In this document: in pieces, positions 1-9,753 of the stretch | Layout: every line of letters starts with the position of its first letter | Numbering within the stretch: position 1 is the stretch's first letter | From: an uncultured bacterium | GTDB taxonomy: Bacteria > CSSED10-310 > CAZUFC01 | Direction: 5' to 3' | Assembly: GCA_964619725.1 (NCBI GenBank) | Contig: CAZUFC010000021.1 | Location: 16,963 to 80,962 of the forward strand | DNA: 64,000 nt | Position numbers and translations under genes: made by a program | Notes under the pieces: generated by a model | Database searches by the model: none | Seen by the model: only the letters and a program-made list of their open reading frames with translations | Told to the model about the DNA's origin: nothing

Positions 1-529
1 TGGCGAAATAAGTGAAGGTTATGACATAGGCATCCATTCGCAGAAATCGAGTGAAATAGGTAATGCTGGGGGACAATGTCATGAAGATTCCTGCTGTCAC
101 TGCAGCGGTCGCTCCGAAAATGGGAGTCATAAGCATGCATCCGGCGACCGTGAGAACTCCCAGGAAAGCGGGTACGACCCTGGCGGTATAATCCGAATCC
201 CCGATATATCGCATCAGGGTGCCGTTAAGCTGAAAGAGCAAGGGACCGTGCATTAGCGGATCATATATATGTTTTCCGCCTTTTGAGTAATCCCACACAT
301 ATTTTGCATAGAGGCTTTCATCATGATGAAAAACTTTGTAGTCAAGATGATAGAACCTCGTCAAAACGGCAAGAGCGATCAGAACGATGAAAATGATCTT
401 ATAATTTTTTTCGATCCACTCTCTAAGGTCAAACATTGTTTTCTGTTCCTGCTCCGTTTTCTTATTCGTTTGTGGGGCAGTTTTTACAGGTTTTTTTCGA
501 GGACTTTGTCCTTCGGTTCTCTTGGTCAT
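1..529 (-). CDS. GT-C fold membrane glycosyltransferase-like protein, TIGR03663/Agl23 family (runs off the window edge)
   Basis: Not in the ORF track. Manual translation from ATG at 529 (GGAGG at 536-540): MTKRTEG...IIFIVLIALAVLTRFYHLDYKVFHHDESLYAKYVWDY...YDPLMHGPLLF...GDSDYTARVVPAFLG; the HHDE and YDP..HGP motifs fit this family. Confidence 0.75.
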   Translation of the reverse strand, partial: MTKRTEGQSPRKKPVKTAPQTNKKTEQEQKTMFDLREWIEKNYKIIFIVLIALAVLTRFYHLDYKVFHHDESLYAKYVWDYSKGGKHIYDPLMHGPLLFQLNGTLMRYIGDSDYTARVVPAFLGVLTVAGCMLMTPIFGATAAVTAGIFMTLSPSITYFTRFLRMDAYVITFTYFA

Positions 530-806
530 GGTCATCCTCCGCTGCAGGCCTGATATTTATGAGTTACTCACAATTTCGCATGGCGGTGAAATGGGCCATT
601 TCAAAAACGCCAAAGAGGAACATAGCATATTTCTGTAAATTGATCATCAGAAAAAATCCTTTTTTTACTCATATAAAGATAAAAAATTAAAAAGAATGAC
701 TTTTTTCCTTGATCCGAAGTGAAGTTTTTCCTATGATTGCATTTTCATGGGGGCAAGCGGAGATTTTCCGTTGTTCCCGACAGAATTGGAGAATGGAGGC
801 AGAAAA

Positions 807-2816
807 ATGGCAAATTACCAGACAACTGATTTGAGAAACGTGGTGCTCGCCGGGCATGGATCATCGGGAAAGACGACTCTGATGGAAGGGATGCTTTATA
901 AGGCTGGAGTAACGAATCGACTGGGTCGCGTGGAGGACAAGAACACGATCAGCGATTACGAACCGGAAGAAAAGGAACGCACTCATTCCATCAATTCTTC
1001 TGTTTGCCATATTAATTATAAGGGCAAAGAAATAAATTTCATCGACGTGCCCGGTTACCAGGATTTTTACGGCAGCGCCATCGGGCCGTTTCGGGCGGCG
1101 GATTTAGCCGTAATAACGATTGATGCATCGAAGGGCATCGAATTCGGGACCCGTCGGTTTTGGGACCTGGCGATCCAGAATGACTTGCCGACGGTTTTTG
1201 TTCTGACCAAGAGCGATCACGAACATGCAAAGTTTGATGAGGTAGTAAGTGCAATAAAGGACCTTTTCGGGAATGAATGTCAGCCTTATGCGGCTCCGGA
1301 TTCTTCCGGCGGAGGATTGACGAAGATCGTCTCTGTTCTGGACCCTGCGGCTGCAGACGAAATGGAAGAGTATAAGGGAGAATTTTTGGAGTCGGCGGTT
1401 GAGGCGGACGACGAATTGCTGGAGAAATATCTTGAGGGTGAGGAGCTGACGCTGGATATTTTGGGCGACCTTGTTCCCAAGGCATTGACAGCCAAGACGG
1501 TCATACCTGTTATACCTGTTTCCGCGATAAAAGACATCGGACTCGATGTTTTACTCGATTTTCTGGCCTCATACGGACCTTCGCCCGTCAGAAGAGAGCG
1601 AACAGCTATAAAAGATGAAGAAGAAATCACGCTGGAGCAGAGTTCTGATGGACCTGCATCGGCATTCGTTTTCAAAACCATAGTCGATCCGTTTGTAGGA
1701 AAGATTAATATATTCCGCGTATTTTCCGGAGTAATAAAATCGAATTCGACCGTATGGTTATCGGCAACGGACAAGACGGAAAAAATAAGTCAGTTGACCA
1801 AACTGAACGGGAAAGAGATGACCAATGTGGATGAATTAATCTGCGGCGATATCGGAGCGGTATCGAAGGTGGATAATCTGGGCATTGGGGATTCTTTTGG
1901 GAGTGATGCGGAGAAATTGAGGTTTCCAGAATTACGGTTCCCCAATCCTATGATATCGCTGGCTATCGAACCGAAAACGAGGGGCGACGAACAGAAGATG
2001 ACGACGGCCTTAAAGCGTCTGTCCGATGAGGACGTGACGTTCCAGGCCGAAAGAAATCGTCAGACGAAGGAACTGGTGATGAGCGGTCTCGGAACGTTGC
2101 ATTTGGATGTTATGCTCCAGAAAATGAAAAGGAAATATGATGTGGAAGTGACGACCAAACCGCCGAAGATTCCTTATCTTGAAACGATAACGAGCGGAAG
2201 CGAGGCCCGGTATCGTCATAAGAAGCAGAGCGGCGGCGCCGGACAATTCGCTGAGGTAGCCATTAGGATTGAGCCGAATGAACGGGGAGAGGGCTTTGAA
2301 TTTCTGGATGAGATCGTGGGCGGAGTCATACCCAATCAGTTCATACCGTCCTGCGAAAAAGGAATTGTAAATATAATGGAAGAAGGAATTCTGGGCCGTT
2401 ACCCTATTGTGGACGTAAAGGTGCATTTATGGGATGGAAAGCATCATCCTGTGGATTCAAAGGACATAGCTTTTCAGATCGCTGCCAGGGATGCTTTCAA
2501 AGATGCTTTCATGAGAGCCTCGCCCACGTTCCTGGAACCTCTGGCTATCATCGAAGTTTCCGTACCCAGCAAATATATGGGCGACATCATTTCGGATTTG
2601 AACAGCAGACGAGGAAGGATCAGCGGTTCGGAACAGGTCGGAGACATATCCATCATTAAAGCCATAGTTCCTTATGCCGACGTTTCAAGTTACACGAACG
2701 ATCTGCGTTCCATTACCGGAGGCGAAGGCACTTTTACTCTTGAATTTTCCCACTATGACACAGTTCCTGCGCATGTTAGGGAGCAACTGATCGACAAAGC
2801 GAAAAAGTCCGACTGA
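807..2816 (+). CDS. Elongation factor G-like protein (EF-G2 type)
   Basis: GHGSSGKTT, DVPG and TKSD G-motifs; HKKQSGGAGQFA and HPVDS EF-G motifs. GGAGG precedes ATG at 807 (ORF track starts at 747). Confidence 0.9.
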   Translation: MANYQTTDLRNVVLAGHGSSGKTTLMEGMLYKAGVTNRLGRVEDKNTISDYEPEEKERTHSINSSVCHINYKGKEINFIDVPGYQDFYGSAIGPFRAADLAVITIDASKGIEFGTRRFWDLAIQNDLPTVFVLTKSDHEHAKFDEVVSAIKDLFGNECQPYAAPDSSGGGLTKIVSVLDPAAADEMEEYKGEFLESAVEADDELLEKYLEGEELTLDILGDLVPKALTAKTVIPVIPVSAIKDIGLDVLLDFLASYGPSPVRRERTAIKDEEEITLEQSSDGPASAFVFKTIVDPFVGKINIFRVFSGVIKSNSTVWLSATDKTEKISQLTKLNGKEMTNVDELICGDIGAVSKVDNLGIGDSFGSDAEKLRFPELRFPNPMISLAIEPKTRGDEQKMTTALKRLSDEDVTFQAERNRQTKELVMSGLGTLHLDVMLQKMKRKYDVEVTTKPPKIPYLETITSGSEARYRHKKQSGGAGQFAEVAIRIEPNERGEGFEFLDEIVGGVIPNQFIPSCEKGIVNIMEEGILGRYPIVDVKVHLWDGKHHPVDSKDIAFQIAARDAFKDAFMRASPTFLEPLAIIEVSVPSKYMGDIISDLNSRRGRISGSEQVGDISIIKAIVPYADVSSYTNDLRSITGGEGTFTLEFSHYDTVPAHVREQLIDKAKKSD

Positions 2817-2836
2817 TATTTTCTGATTGAAATTAT

Positions 2837-2888
2837 ACCCGAACGGCGCCTTCAAGACGGGAAGGCAGCCGGTTCGGGTTTTCTTTTA
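2837..2888 (+). terminator. Intrinsic terminator after the EF-G-like gene
   Basis: acccgaac-ggc-gccttc...gaaggc-a-gcc-g-gttcgggt hairpin followed by a T-rich run. Confidence 0.75.
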
Positions 2889-3061
2889 CCGGCTGCTGAG
2901 TGCAGGAAGAATTTTGATTTATAAGGCAACCAACAGGGTCGTCAGGTTATTCCCTTTTCGATTCTGAAGCTCAGGATTTGAAGAATTCAGCATTAGAATA
3001 GAACATAAAAGTTCGTCGGATATTGTGTTATGTATGCTCTGCGTAAGAGGAGAAAGGCGTG

Positions 3062-3910
3062 CTAGAGATTCGTCAGAATGCCGTTTATTCCTTCACGGGC
3101 GCCTGACGGCAGCGAGATATGCTTTGCGGAAGGAACGGAAAAGTCACGCGGATTAATTCTGATGAGGAGAGCGTCGAGATTTTGAGCGAGACGTTCGGAT
3201 TCCCAGCGGACCGTAGGAACGGCCAGACCGGCTCCGATTTCGATTATGACAGGTTGCCGACCGGAACGAGTCAGAGAACTTATCCAGGCTTTTTTACGCG
3301 TGCTCTGCCTGTGACTGCGCTCCGGCAGCCATAACCAATCGCCGAACATCAGAACGTTAGGTCTGGCTGTTTTTCCGCAGGTCGGACAACGGGGAAGAGG
3401 CGGGCGAGCGACGAATTTTTCTTTATTGACGATTACTTCCGTATCGGAGGCATCCCAGATATCATCATTACAAGGTTCGACGCATTGCAAATGATGAATG
3501 GAACCGTGGCATTCCTCTACTCTTTCGTCTTTATAACCGGCTTTCTGAAATTGTCCGTCGACATTGGAAGTGAAGACGAAATAGCCGCCCGGTTTTTGTT
3601 TTCCCAGTTCCAGCAAATGATAAAAGCCCTCGTGAGGTATGGTACGGCGATAAAGGTTCAGTCTGTGTCCATAAAAAGCCCAGGCCAGTTCGGGATTACG
3701 ATGGAACCAAACGGGCGAAGCCATTTGTTCAAATGATAATCCAAGCCTGGCGATGGGCGGATACGCTCGCCAGAATCCGTGTTTCCCGCGAAAATCGGGC
3801 AATCCCGAGTCTACGCCGATGCCGGCGCCGGCCGTAATATAAAGCGCGTCGGAATTTTTTATCGCTTCTGCCGCCTTTTCAAACGACTCCTTCATTTCCT
3901 TGTCCGTCAT
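3062..3910 (-). CDS. Sir2-family NAD-dependent deacylase
   Basis: AGAGIGVDSGLPDFRG, SNVDG, HGS and CxxxC..CxxC zinc ribbon. Start uncertain (3910 or 3982). Confidence 0.9.
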   Translation of the reverse strand: MTDKEMKESFEKAAEAIKNSDALYITAGAGIGVDSGLPDFRGKHGFWRAYPPIARLGLSFEQMASPVWFHRNPELAWAFYGHRLNLYRRTIPHEGFYHLLELGKQKPGGYFVFTSNVDGQFQKAGYKDERVEECHGSIHHLQCVEPCNDDIWDASDTEVIVNKEKFVARPPLPRCPTCGKTARPNVLMFGDWLWLPERSHRQSTRKKAWISSLTRSGRQPVIIEIGAGLAVPTVRWESERLAQNLDALLIRINPRDFSVPSAKHISLPSGAREGINGILTNL

Positions 3911-4061
3911 CTTCGCAATCCTCCCGCCTTTAAGTTTTTTCCTCTCATATAGCCCTTCGACGGATCGATGCCTATGCAGCATATGCTCTCCACTCGAAGA
4001 CAGCTCCTTTTGTCAGGATAAAAAATAATCCGACTCTCCGCAAGACAGAAGTTTGATCAAT

Positions 4062-4180
4062 GCCGATTTTTCTTATTGCAATGAAGGCAAGGATTTACGA
4101 AGGAGCGCCTATTGCTGAAACGTTGAATGAGCTAATCCAGAGACTGATGCAGCATCAGGGAAAAATCGCCGGTTATAGAC
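4062..4180 (+). mobile_element. Degenerate copy of MITE-like family 3
   Basis: Aligns by eye with 58630-58743 (gaaggcaaggattt...ctga.gcag...gggaaaa.tcgcc..ttat.ga); overlaps the larA-like stop codon. Confidence 0.6.
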
Positions 4181-5477
4181 TGGAATGGGGCAAACGAGGA
4201 ACCAGGGCGCTTGCTGAGGGTATAAAAAGTATACGGGCGTCTGGTTTTTCCAGGATAGCGGCATTGACTGCGGCCTGCAGCGTATTGAAGGGGCGGAAGA
4301 ATATGGACTTGAGAATTTCAGGGGGCAATTCAGAGACGGTCCAGATTTGCGCATATTGGAGAAGGGAAGCTAATTTCATCGATTTATGATAACCCAGGGC
4401 ATACTTTTTAGTGATTCGGCGCTTAACGGCTTCAGGATTAGAGGCTTCAGCGAGCAGTCGAACAAACGTGTCTGGTCCGATACCTTTTTCGCAGGCCGCT
4501 GCCAGGATCATTATTCCGTCGTCGGCCAGAACATGCCTGGTATTTTCAATCGATTTATGAGCCTGATAAAGGTCTCTGTCCAGTGGAGGAGCCGCTCCGG
4601 CTACAATGACGTCGGGTTTTTCTTTGATCTTAACGGTCCAGATTTCCTCCGTTTTCCGAACCGCTGCCGAGAAGGATTCCCTGATGCCGCCGGAATATGC
4701 TGCATAAATGTTTTCATCGGCATCCAGGGTCGTCATGAATGAAAAAATCTTCCTCTCCTCAAGAAATCTCAATGCCTCATCCATATCTTCATGAACAGGA
4801 TTCCCTTTCAAGGCTAAAACACGCGAATTTTCGCTCAGAGCAAGTTTGTGATTCTGTTCGATCGTTTCAAATCCAGCCGTCCCCGGCAAAAAAGCTTTAC
4901 GGCCTCCAGTATGACCCGCAAAGTAGTGAGGTTCCACTGACCCGATGACAATGATTTTATCGGCTTCAGTCACCATTTTGTTCAACAAAACGGGCGTTCC
5001 GAGTCGAGTCACTCCCATCTTGACCAGGTTTTTCGGGTTATAACAATCATGGAAGAAAATTCGATCATGATAAGCGCTCAACAAATCTCCGAAAATAAAA
5101 CGAAGCGCCGCTTCATCCGGTTTTGGGTGAGTCCCGGATGCCGCCAGGAAGCGGACGGAGGATACGGACAACCGGCTGTGGAGAAGACGGAGTATTTTTG
5201 CGGTGGGCGTGGAGCGCTGGCCGTCGTTGACTAGGACGAGAGTTCTACCCGGTGTTTTTAAAAAGTTATGAAAAGAAGGACCGGAAACGGGTGTTTGCAA
5301 TGCTTCCTTTAAGATTGTGTTTTCGCTGCGGAGCGGGGTTTTATTTGCGGAGATCATGCCGGCAAAATTTTTAGCTGGAATGATAACTTCAGCCGCACCG
5401 GCGTTGTAGGGGAAAACTATCCTCTTTATTTTAGAACGATCTAAAGGCTTGCCGTCTTTATTTCCTATTATGTTCAT
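4173..5477 (-). CDS. larA: Nickel-pincer-dependent lactate racemase/epimerase family protein
   Basis: NDGQR, SGTH, EPHYFAGHTGGRK, QNH and YQAHK motifs match LarA catalytic segments. Confidence 0.85.
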   Translation of the reverse strand: MNIIGNKDGKPLDRSKIKRIVFPYNAGAAEVIIPAKNFAGMISANKTPLRSENTILKEALQTPVSGPSFHNFLKTPGRTLVLVNDGQRSTPTAKILRLLHSRLSVSSVRFLAASGTHPKPDEAALRFIFGDLLSAYHDRIFFHDCYNPKNLVKMGVTRLGTPVLLNKMVTEADKIIVIGSVEPHYFAGHTGGRKAFLPGTAGFETIEQNHKLALSENSRVLALKGNPVHEDMDEALRFLEERKIFSFMTTLDADENIYAAYSGGIRESFSAAVRKTEEIWTVKIKEKPDVIVAGAAPPLDRDLYQAHKSIENTRHVLADDGIMILAAACEKGIGPDTFVRLLAEASNPEAVKRRITKKYALGYHKSMKLASLLQYAQIWTVSELPPEILKSIFFRPFNTLQAAVNAAILEKPDARILFIPSASALVPRLPHSSL

Positions 5478-6014
5478 CTACTTTGCGGGAGTTCTGAGCT
5501 CCTGACGTTTCGTGAGAAAAAATTTTGAATGGTTTGATGAAGCTGAAATCGGACAATCGAGCAGAGTTTTTATTGAATAAAGTCTCACTGCATGCAGGAT
5601 AACTCAGGAGCGGCAGAAAATGCTTATTTTTCATGCCGGGATGTGCTGAAAAGAAAATAAACAGATTAAATAATTTATCTGACCCTTGTCGGGCATTCAT
5701 GAGATTCTCTGTCTTATGAACTTGCTTCAGGCGAAAGGTGAGTCTGGGGCTAGAAGGGTTAAACATGTAAAAATTTAATGTTAATATCACGTTCATGGTA
5801 TTGGGACAGTCAAAGCATCAAATATGCGGTAAAAGGTGAAAGCGTATAAGCGTGAGTTTGCCGCTTTCAAGTTGATATTAGGCGTTTCTTGACGAAAAAT
5901 CAAACGGCGTATTATTTGAGCCGAGCATTTGGGGGAAAGCCGGCTGCCGTCCTGGATTAAATTTTGTTCGTTGAGAGAGTTACTGACGGGAGGTGGTTGG
6001 GGATAGAAATAATC

Positions 6015-6320
6015 GGCATTGATCGAAAATGCCTCTTTTGAGGTTACGATTCTACAGAATTTCCCATCATTTTGTTTTGATTGCGATTGCGATACCGACT
6101 GCGATATCGACCCCGACCCCGATACCGATACCGGCGCCGATGCCGATACCGATACCGATACCGATACCGATATCGATACCGATACCGAAACAGCCGGTCA
6201 TTGATGAAAAAACGGCGGTTCATTCTTCAAGGAGATAGTTTTGGGTCAGGAGCGGTTTTTACGGGAATTTCATACAGTCAAAAATTTTATGAAACAGTGT
6301 AACCCCGGTTTGATCCGTCC
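6015..6320 (+). mobile_element. MITE-like family 1, copy 1, with internal GATACC-type hexamer array
   Basis: Starts ggcattgatcgaaa, ends tttgatccgtcc; first ~65 nt shared with the copies at 16127 and 59146. Confidence 0.7.
6079..6189 (+). repeat. Degenerate hexamer tandem repeat (GATACC/GATTGC/GACCCC)n
   Basis: Directly visible: gattgc gattgc gatacc gactgc gatatc gacccc gacccc gatacc... Confidence 0.95.
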
Positions 6321-6499
6321 TGAATTATCTCATAGGAGTTTTGGGAATTTCCTGTTTTCCTGGAGGTTAAAAAGACGTACAATAGGGCGGTTAATTATCG
6401 GATTGCGATAATGGGGCACGAGGTTCAATTAAGTCGGGAGAGGGATTTGAGCGATTGAACGGTAAAGATGAGTTTTAAATTGTATTCAAGGGAGGTTCA

Positions 6500-8554
6500 A
6501 TGAAGAAGATGGGAGGCGTAGGACGAGGGATCAAGGGAATGTTGCCGGTCATAATTCTGCTTGCGGCAGGAATGGTTGGAGGGGCGGAAGGACCGCCGCC
6601 TTACGCAGCGCCGGAAATTTCCGCCGGCTCTTTAACGGGTGAGGAAATCCGGGTGTGGGAGGCGGCGCTTCATTCCATACTGCTGGAATGGGAGGATATG
6701 CGATTCAAGAAGGATTATGTGGATGATCCTTACAGGCTTGATGCGGTACAGAGGGCTTTGGACGATCCTGTATCGCTGATTGAGTGGAATTACGGATGGG
6801 ATGCGTTTTTACTGGAAGGCAAAGCGACAAGCGACATTTTGTTTCGGGCTGCCGGGGACTTGGATTGCGGCATAACGAAGAAGAAAGCCGGGAAGATTAT
6901 TCCTGACGACCATACGATAAGTTCCTGGACGAGATACGGTTTTACTGCTGAATGGAGCCGCAATTTTTCGTTGACCGAGCATGCCGTTTCAAATGCTTCG
7001 GAGGCGGTGAAGGCGGAAGCTCTTGGGAGTCTGACGGACGAGGAATTGGCGTTTTTACGGAGTTATCTGTTGTGCCGGTTCGAAGAGGAGGAAAAATTAG
7101 AGGGAGTGGAATGTCCGGAAGAGGAGGAGTACGGAGCGGATGAGATGTTTCTGGAGTCGATGGAACATTATGATATAGAGGCTTTGTTGAAAGCTGCCGT
7201 GAAGCTGGTCGGTGCGTTGGAGGAGCTGCTGCCCGGAATAGAGGAGTATGGAGAACAATGGGGAGTAGAGACTCAGACGATGATAGAGCGTGATTACGGC
7301 AACATTTTAATGGGGACGGAGGGAGATGACGTTTGGTTGATGGAAGAATGGGGGCCTGCTGCGATACTGATCGATCCGGGGGGAAACGATATTTATCGAG
7401 GTCAGGTCTGTGCTGCCGGAAATTTTATCGGGGAGAAGAATCCGCTGATAAGCCTGTTGATCGATATTTCCGGAGACGACACGTATATCGCCGAGGGAAA
7501 ACGCGCTGCAGGATCGGGCGTATTAGGCATAGCGGTTCATTATGATCTGGATGGGGACGATATCTACCGTTCGGGCAAATTCAGTCAGGGGTGTGGTCTT
7601 TTCGGCGTCGGCATACTGGATGATCGCCGGGGAGACGATATTTACTATGCCGATCTGCTGGTCCAGGGAGCAGGCGCTGCAGGCATCGGGCTGCTTCAGG
7701 ACTCTGCCGGCAGGGATAATTACCAGGCTGCTTTTTATGCTCAGGGTTTCGGTTACACCCTGGGATGGGGTATGCTGACGGACCGTGACGGGTACGATCA
7801 TTATTACGCAGCCGGGAAATACGACGCGTGGCCGACCTGGGGGACCTGGATGCTGAGTTGTTCTCAGGGGTATGCATTCGGAATACGCCCTGTCGCAAGC
7901 GGCGGCATTGGAATATTGCATGACCGGAACGGAAAAGATTTTTATTCGGCGGAAGTTTTCAGCCAGGGAGGCAGTTACTGGTACGGCATTGGAGCGCTGA
8001 TCGACGACAATGATAATGATCAATATACTGCAGGAGTATATTCGCAGGCAGCGGGAGTTCACCTTTCTGCGGGCATTCTGCTTGATCGGTCGGGTAATGA
8101 TGATTACACATGCGATCATCAGGCCCAGGGTTTCGCTCACGATTTCTCCGTCGGCTGGCTGATTGATGAAGCGGGAAACGACAATTACAGCGCCAAAACC
8201 AACGCACAGGGCTGCGCGGTTACAAACAGCACCGCGGGAATAATCGACAGAGAGGGCGACGACGGCTATCTGTGCCGGGATGCGAAAAAAGGATCGAGTT
8301 ACGGGGAAACGACGAGAGGATACGGCAATATTGGGATACAGATCGATATGAAGGGTAGGGACAGCTACTCTTATCCGGAAGCGGGCGACGGAAAATGGTG
8401 GACCTTGCAATCATGGTATGCCGGCATTGATGTCGGTGATGACTGGTATGTTGTGGAAGATTCAAAGCAAAAAACAGATGAAGAGACCGGCGTTAAAGTG
8501 GAACCGCCTCGCCGGCTTATTATCCCGGGAATTGACGATCAGGGAGGTGAATAA
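6500..8554 (+). CDS. Secreted protein with tandem DxxGxDxY...QG repeats (possible Ca-binding beta-solenoid)
   Basis: Signal-peptide-like N-terminus; many D..GDD.Y/D..GND.Y...QG.G repeats; GGAGG RBS. Confidence 0.75.
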   Translation: MKKMGGVGRGIKGMLPVIILLAAGMVGGAEGPPPYAAPEISAGSLTGEEIRVWEAALHSILLEWEDMRFKKDYVDDPYRLDAVQRALDDPVSLIEWNYGWDAFLLEGKATSDILFRAAGDLDCGITKKKAGKIIPDDHTISSWTRYGFTAEWSRNFSLTEHAVSNASEAVKAEALGSLTDEELAFLRSYLLCRFEEEEKLEGVECPEEEEYGADEMFLESMEHYDIEALLKAAVKLVGALEELLPGIEEYGEQWGVETQTMIERDYGNILMGTEGDDVWLMEEWGPAAILIDPGGNDIYRGQVCAAGNFIGEKNPLISLLIDISGDDTYIAEGKRAAGSGVLGIAVHYDLDGDDIYRSGKFSQGCGLFGVGILDDRRGDDIYYADLLVQGAGAAGIGLLQDSAGRDNYQAAFYAQGFGYTLGWGMLTDRDGYDHYYAAGKYDAWPTWGTWMLSCSQGYAFGIRPVASGGIGILHDRNGKDFYSAEVFSQGGSYWYGIGALIDDNDNDQYTAGVYSQAAGVHLSAGILLDRSGNDDYTCDHQAQGFAHDFSVGWLIDEAGNDNYSAKTNAQGCAVTNSTAGIIDREGDDGYLCRDAKKGSSYGETTRGYGNIGIQIDMKGRDSYSYPEAGDGKWWTLQSWYAGIDVGDDWYVVEDSKQKTDEETGVKVEPPRRLIIPGIDDQGGE

Positions 8555-9681
8555 TGCGCCGAAAAGCCGTTATCCTGTTTTTATGCAGCGCCGTTGCGGT
8601 ATACATGAGCGTTGTTTTTGCCGGATCGGAAAGTGAAGGGCGTAAGTCGGAAATAGAAGATGAGGTCCGATCTCCGGATCAAATAGAGGTCATTCGTGAC
8701 GGGGAAATCGTCGAAGATGCCGTATTGGAACTATTCATCAATGCCAGCGAATGGGACGACGAGCATCAGGACGTGAGGTACGAAAGCGAAGAGAAACTAG
8801 TTGAGCTGGGAGCTCGGATATTGCCTGTCATCCTGGAAAAATATCTGTCGTCCAGGGACCTCAGAAGACGTATTACGCTGGATTCCATCGTTAGTGAAAT
8901 AGGCAGTCCTGCTGCAGATTCTCTGCTGGAATATCTGAACAGTGAAGATATAACTGCCCGGCGGCATGCCGTTTATCTGCTTGGTGAGTGTACCTTTGTC
9001 GAAACGATGGAAAACGATGCCTTGTTGGGCCCCCTCCAGGAAGACTTGAAAATTAGAGATGCGCTTTTGAAAACCTTGAATTCAGAAAATGATCACAAGG
9101 TGATCAGGTCTCTGTTGAATTCACTCGCACGAATCAGAGACCCGGACCTTATTGAAGTGATTGCGGGTTATCTCAATCATGAAGATCAAACGCTGAGATT
9201 ATCCGCTGCTGTCGCCTTAAAATATATTCCGCACATCGATACCGTTAAACGGCTCCTCAATGCCCTTGATGATCCGCTGGGCACCGTTCGTCAGGCTGCG
9301 GCAGTCAGTTTATCCGCTGATGCCGTCGCAGATGCAGGATTCGATTTGATAATAGACCTGGAAAATGGAAGAGAAATCAATTCTGCGGCAAACGCCTTTC
9401 GCTTTGAAATCCTTACGGATTATCTGAAAAAAAACAGCGATAAAGATTCAGAGAATCTGCGATGCCAAAAAAACAAAATATGCCGGAAGGCTGAAAGCGT
9501 TTTACATCCGAATTCAAATGCCGGCTGGAGACTCAAGGCATATGCCGCACGCGCCGCAGCATTCTGCGAAAACAGGCAGAACGCTCTTAATATGCTTCAG
9601 GGTTTGTTGAAAAAAGAGTCTCATCCGTTTTTGACCGGCGCCGTGAGACAGACTCTTGAATATCTGGAACAGGAAAATTAA
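8554..9681 (+). CDS. Exported HEAT-repeat protein
   Basis: Signal peptide; repeats such as ARRHAVYLLGE, LRLSAAVALKY, VRQAAAVSL; TAATG coupling to the upstream gene. Confidence 0.8.
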   Translation: MRRKAVILFLCSAVAVYMSVVFAGSESEGRKSEIEDEVRSPDQIEVIRDGEIVEDAVLELFINASEWDDEHQDVRYESEEKLVELGARILPVILEKYLSSRDLRRRITLDSIVSEIGSPAADSLLEYLNSEDITARRHAVYLLGECTFVETMENDALLGPLQEDLKIRDALLKTLNSENDHKVIRSLLNSLARIRDPDLIEVIAGYLNHEDQTLRLSAAVALKYIPHIDTVKRLLNALDDPLGTVRQAAAVSLSADAVADAGFDLIIDLENGREINSAANAFRFEILTDYLKKNSDKDSENLRCQKNKICRKAESVLHPNSNAGWRLKAYAARAAAFCENRQNALNMLQGLLKKESHPFLTGAVRQTLEYLEQEN

Positions 9682-9693
9682 AAACGTTTTATC

Positions 9694-9722
9694 TTGACTT
9701 GCTATTGCTTTGATGATATTCA
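9694..9722 (+). promoter_or_regulatory. Putative sigma70 promoter of the DHH-Sm-Clp1 unit
   Basis: TTGACT-17 nt-TATTCA with an extended -10 TGn. Confidence 0.45.
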
Positions 9723-9753
9723 TTCCTGCTCATTTGGAAAGGATTGAGCGACA

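Noticed and set aside
807-2816. Canonical fusA or a TetM-like ribosomal protection protein
   Set aside because: G1 and effector motifs (GHGSSGKT, ERTHSI) differ from AHIDAGKT/ERGITI, and the gene is not in the str operon; treated as an ordinary EF-G2.
5458-5796. 112-aa minus-strand ORF upstream of larA
   Set aside because: No recognisable motif or RBS; AT-rich intergenic character.
6079-6189. Possible CRISPR array
   Set aside because: 6-nt units without spacers; no cas genes in the window.
6019-6302. Three short ORFs with DT/IP/RY dipeptide runs
   Set aside because: Translations of the stop-free hexamer array in three frames; the same applies to 59074-59307.
7523-8410. Long antisense ORF (representative of many shadow ORFs in the track)
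   Set aside because: Fully overlaps a well-supported gene and has no protein motifs.
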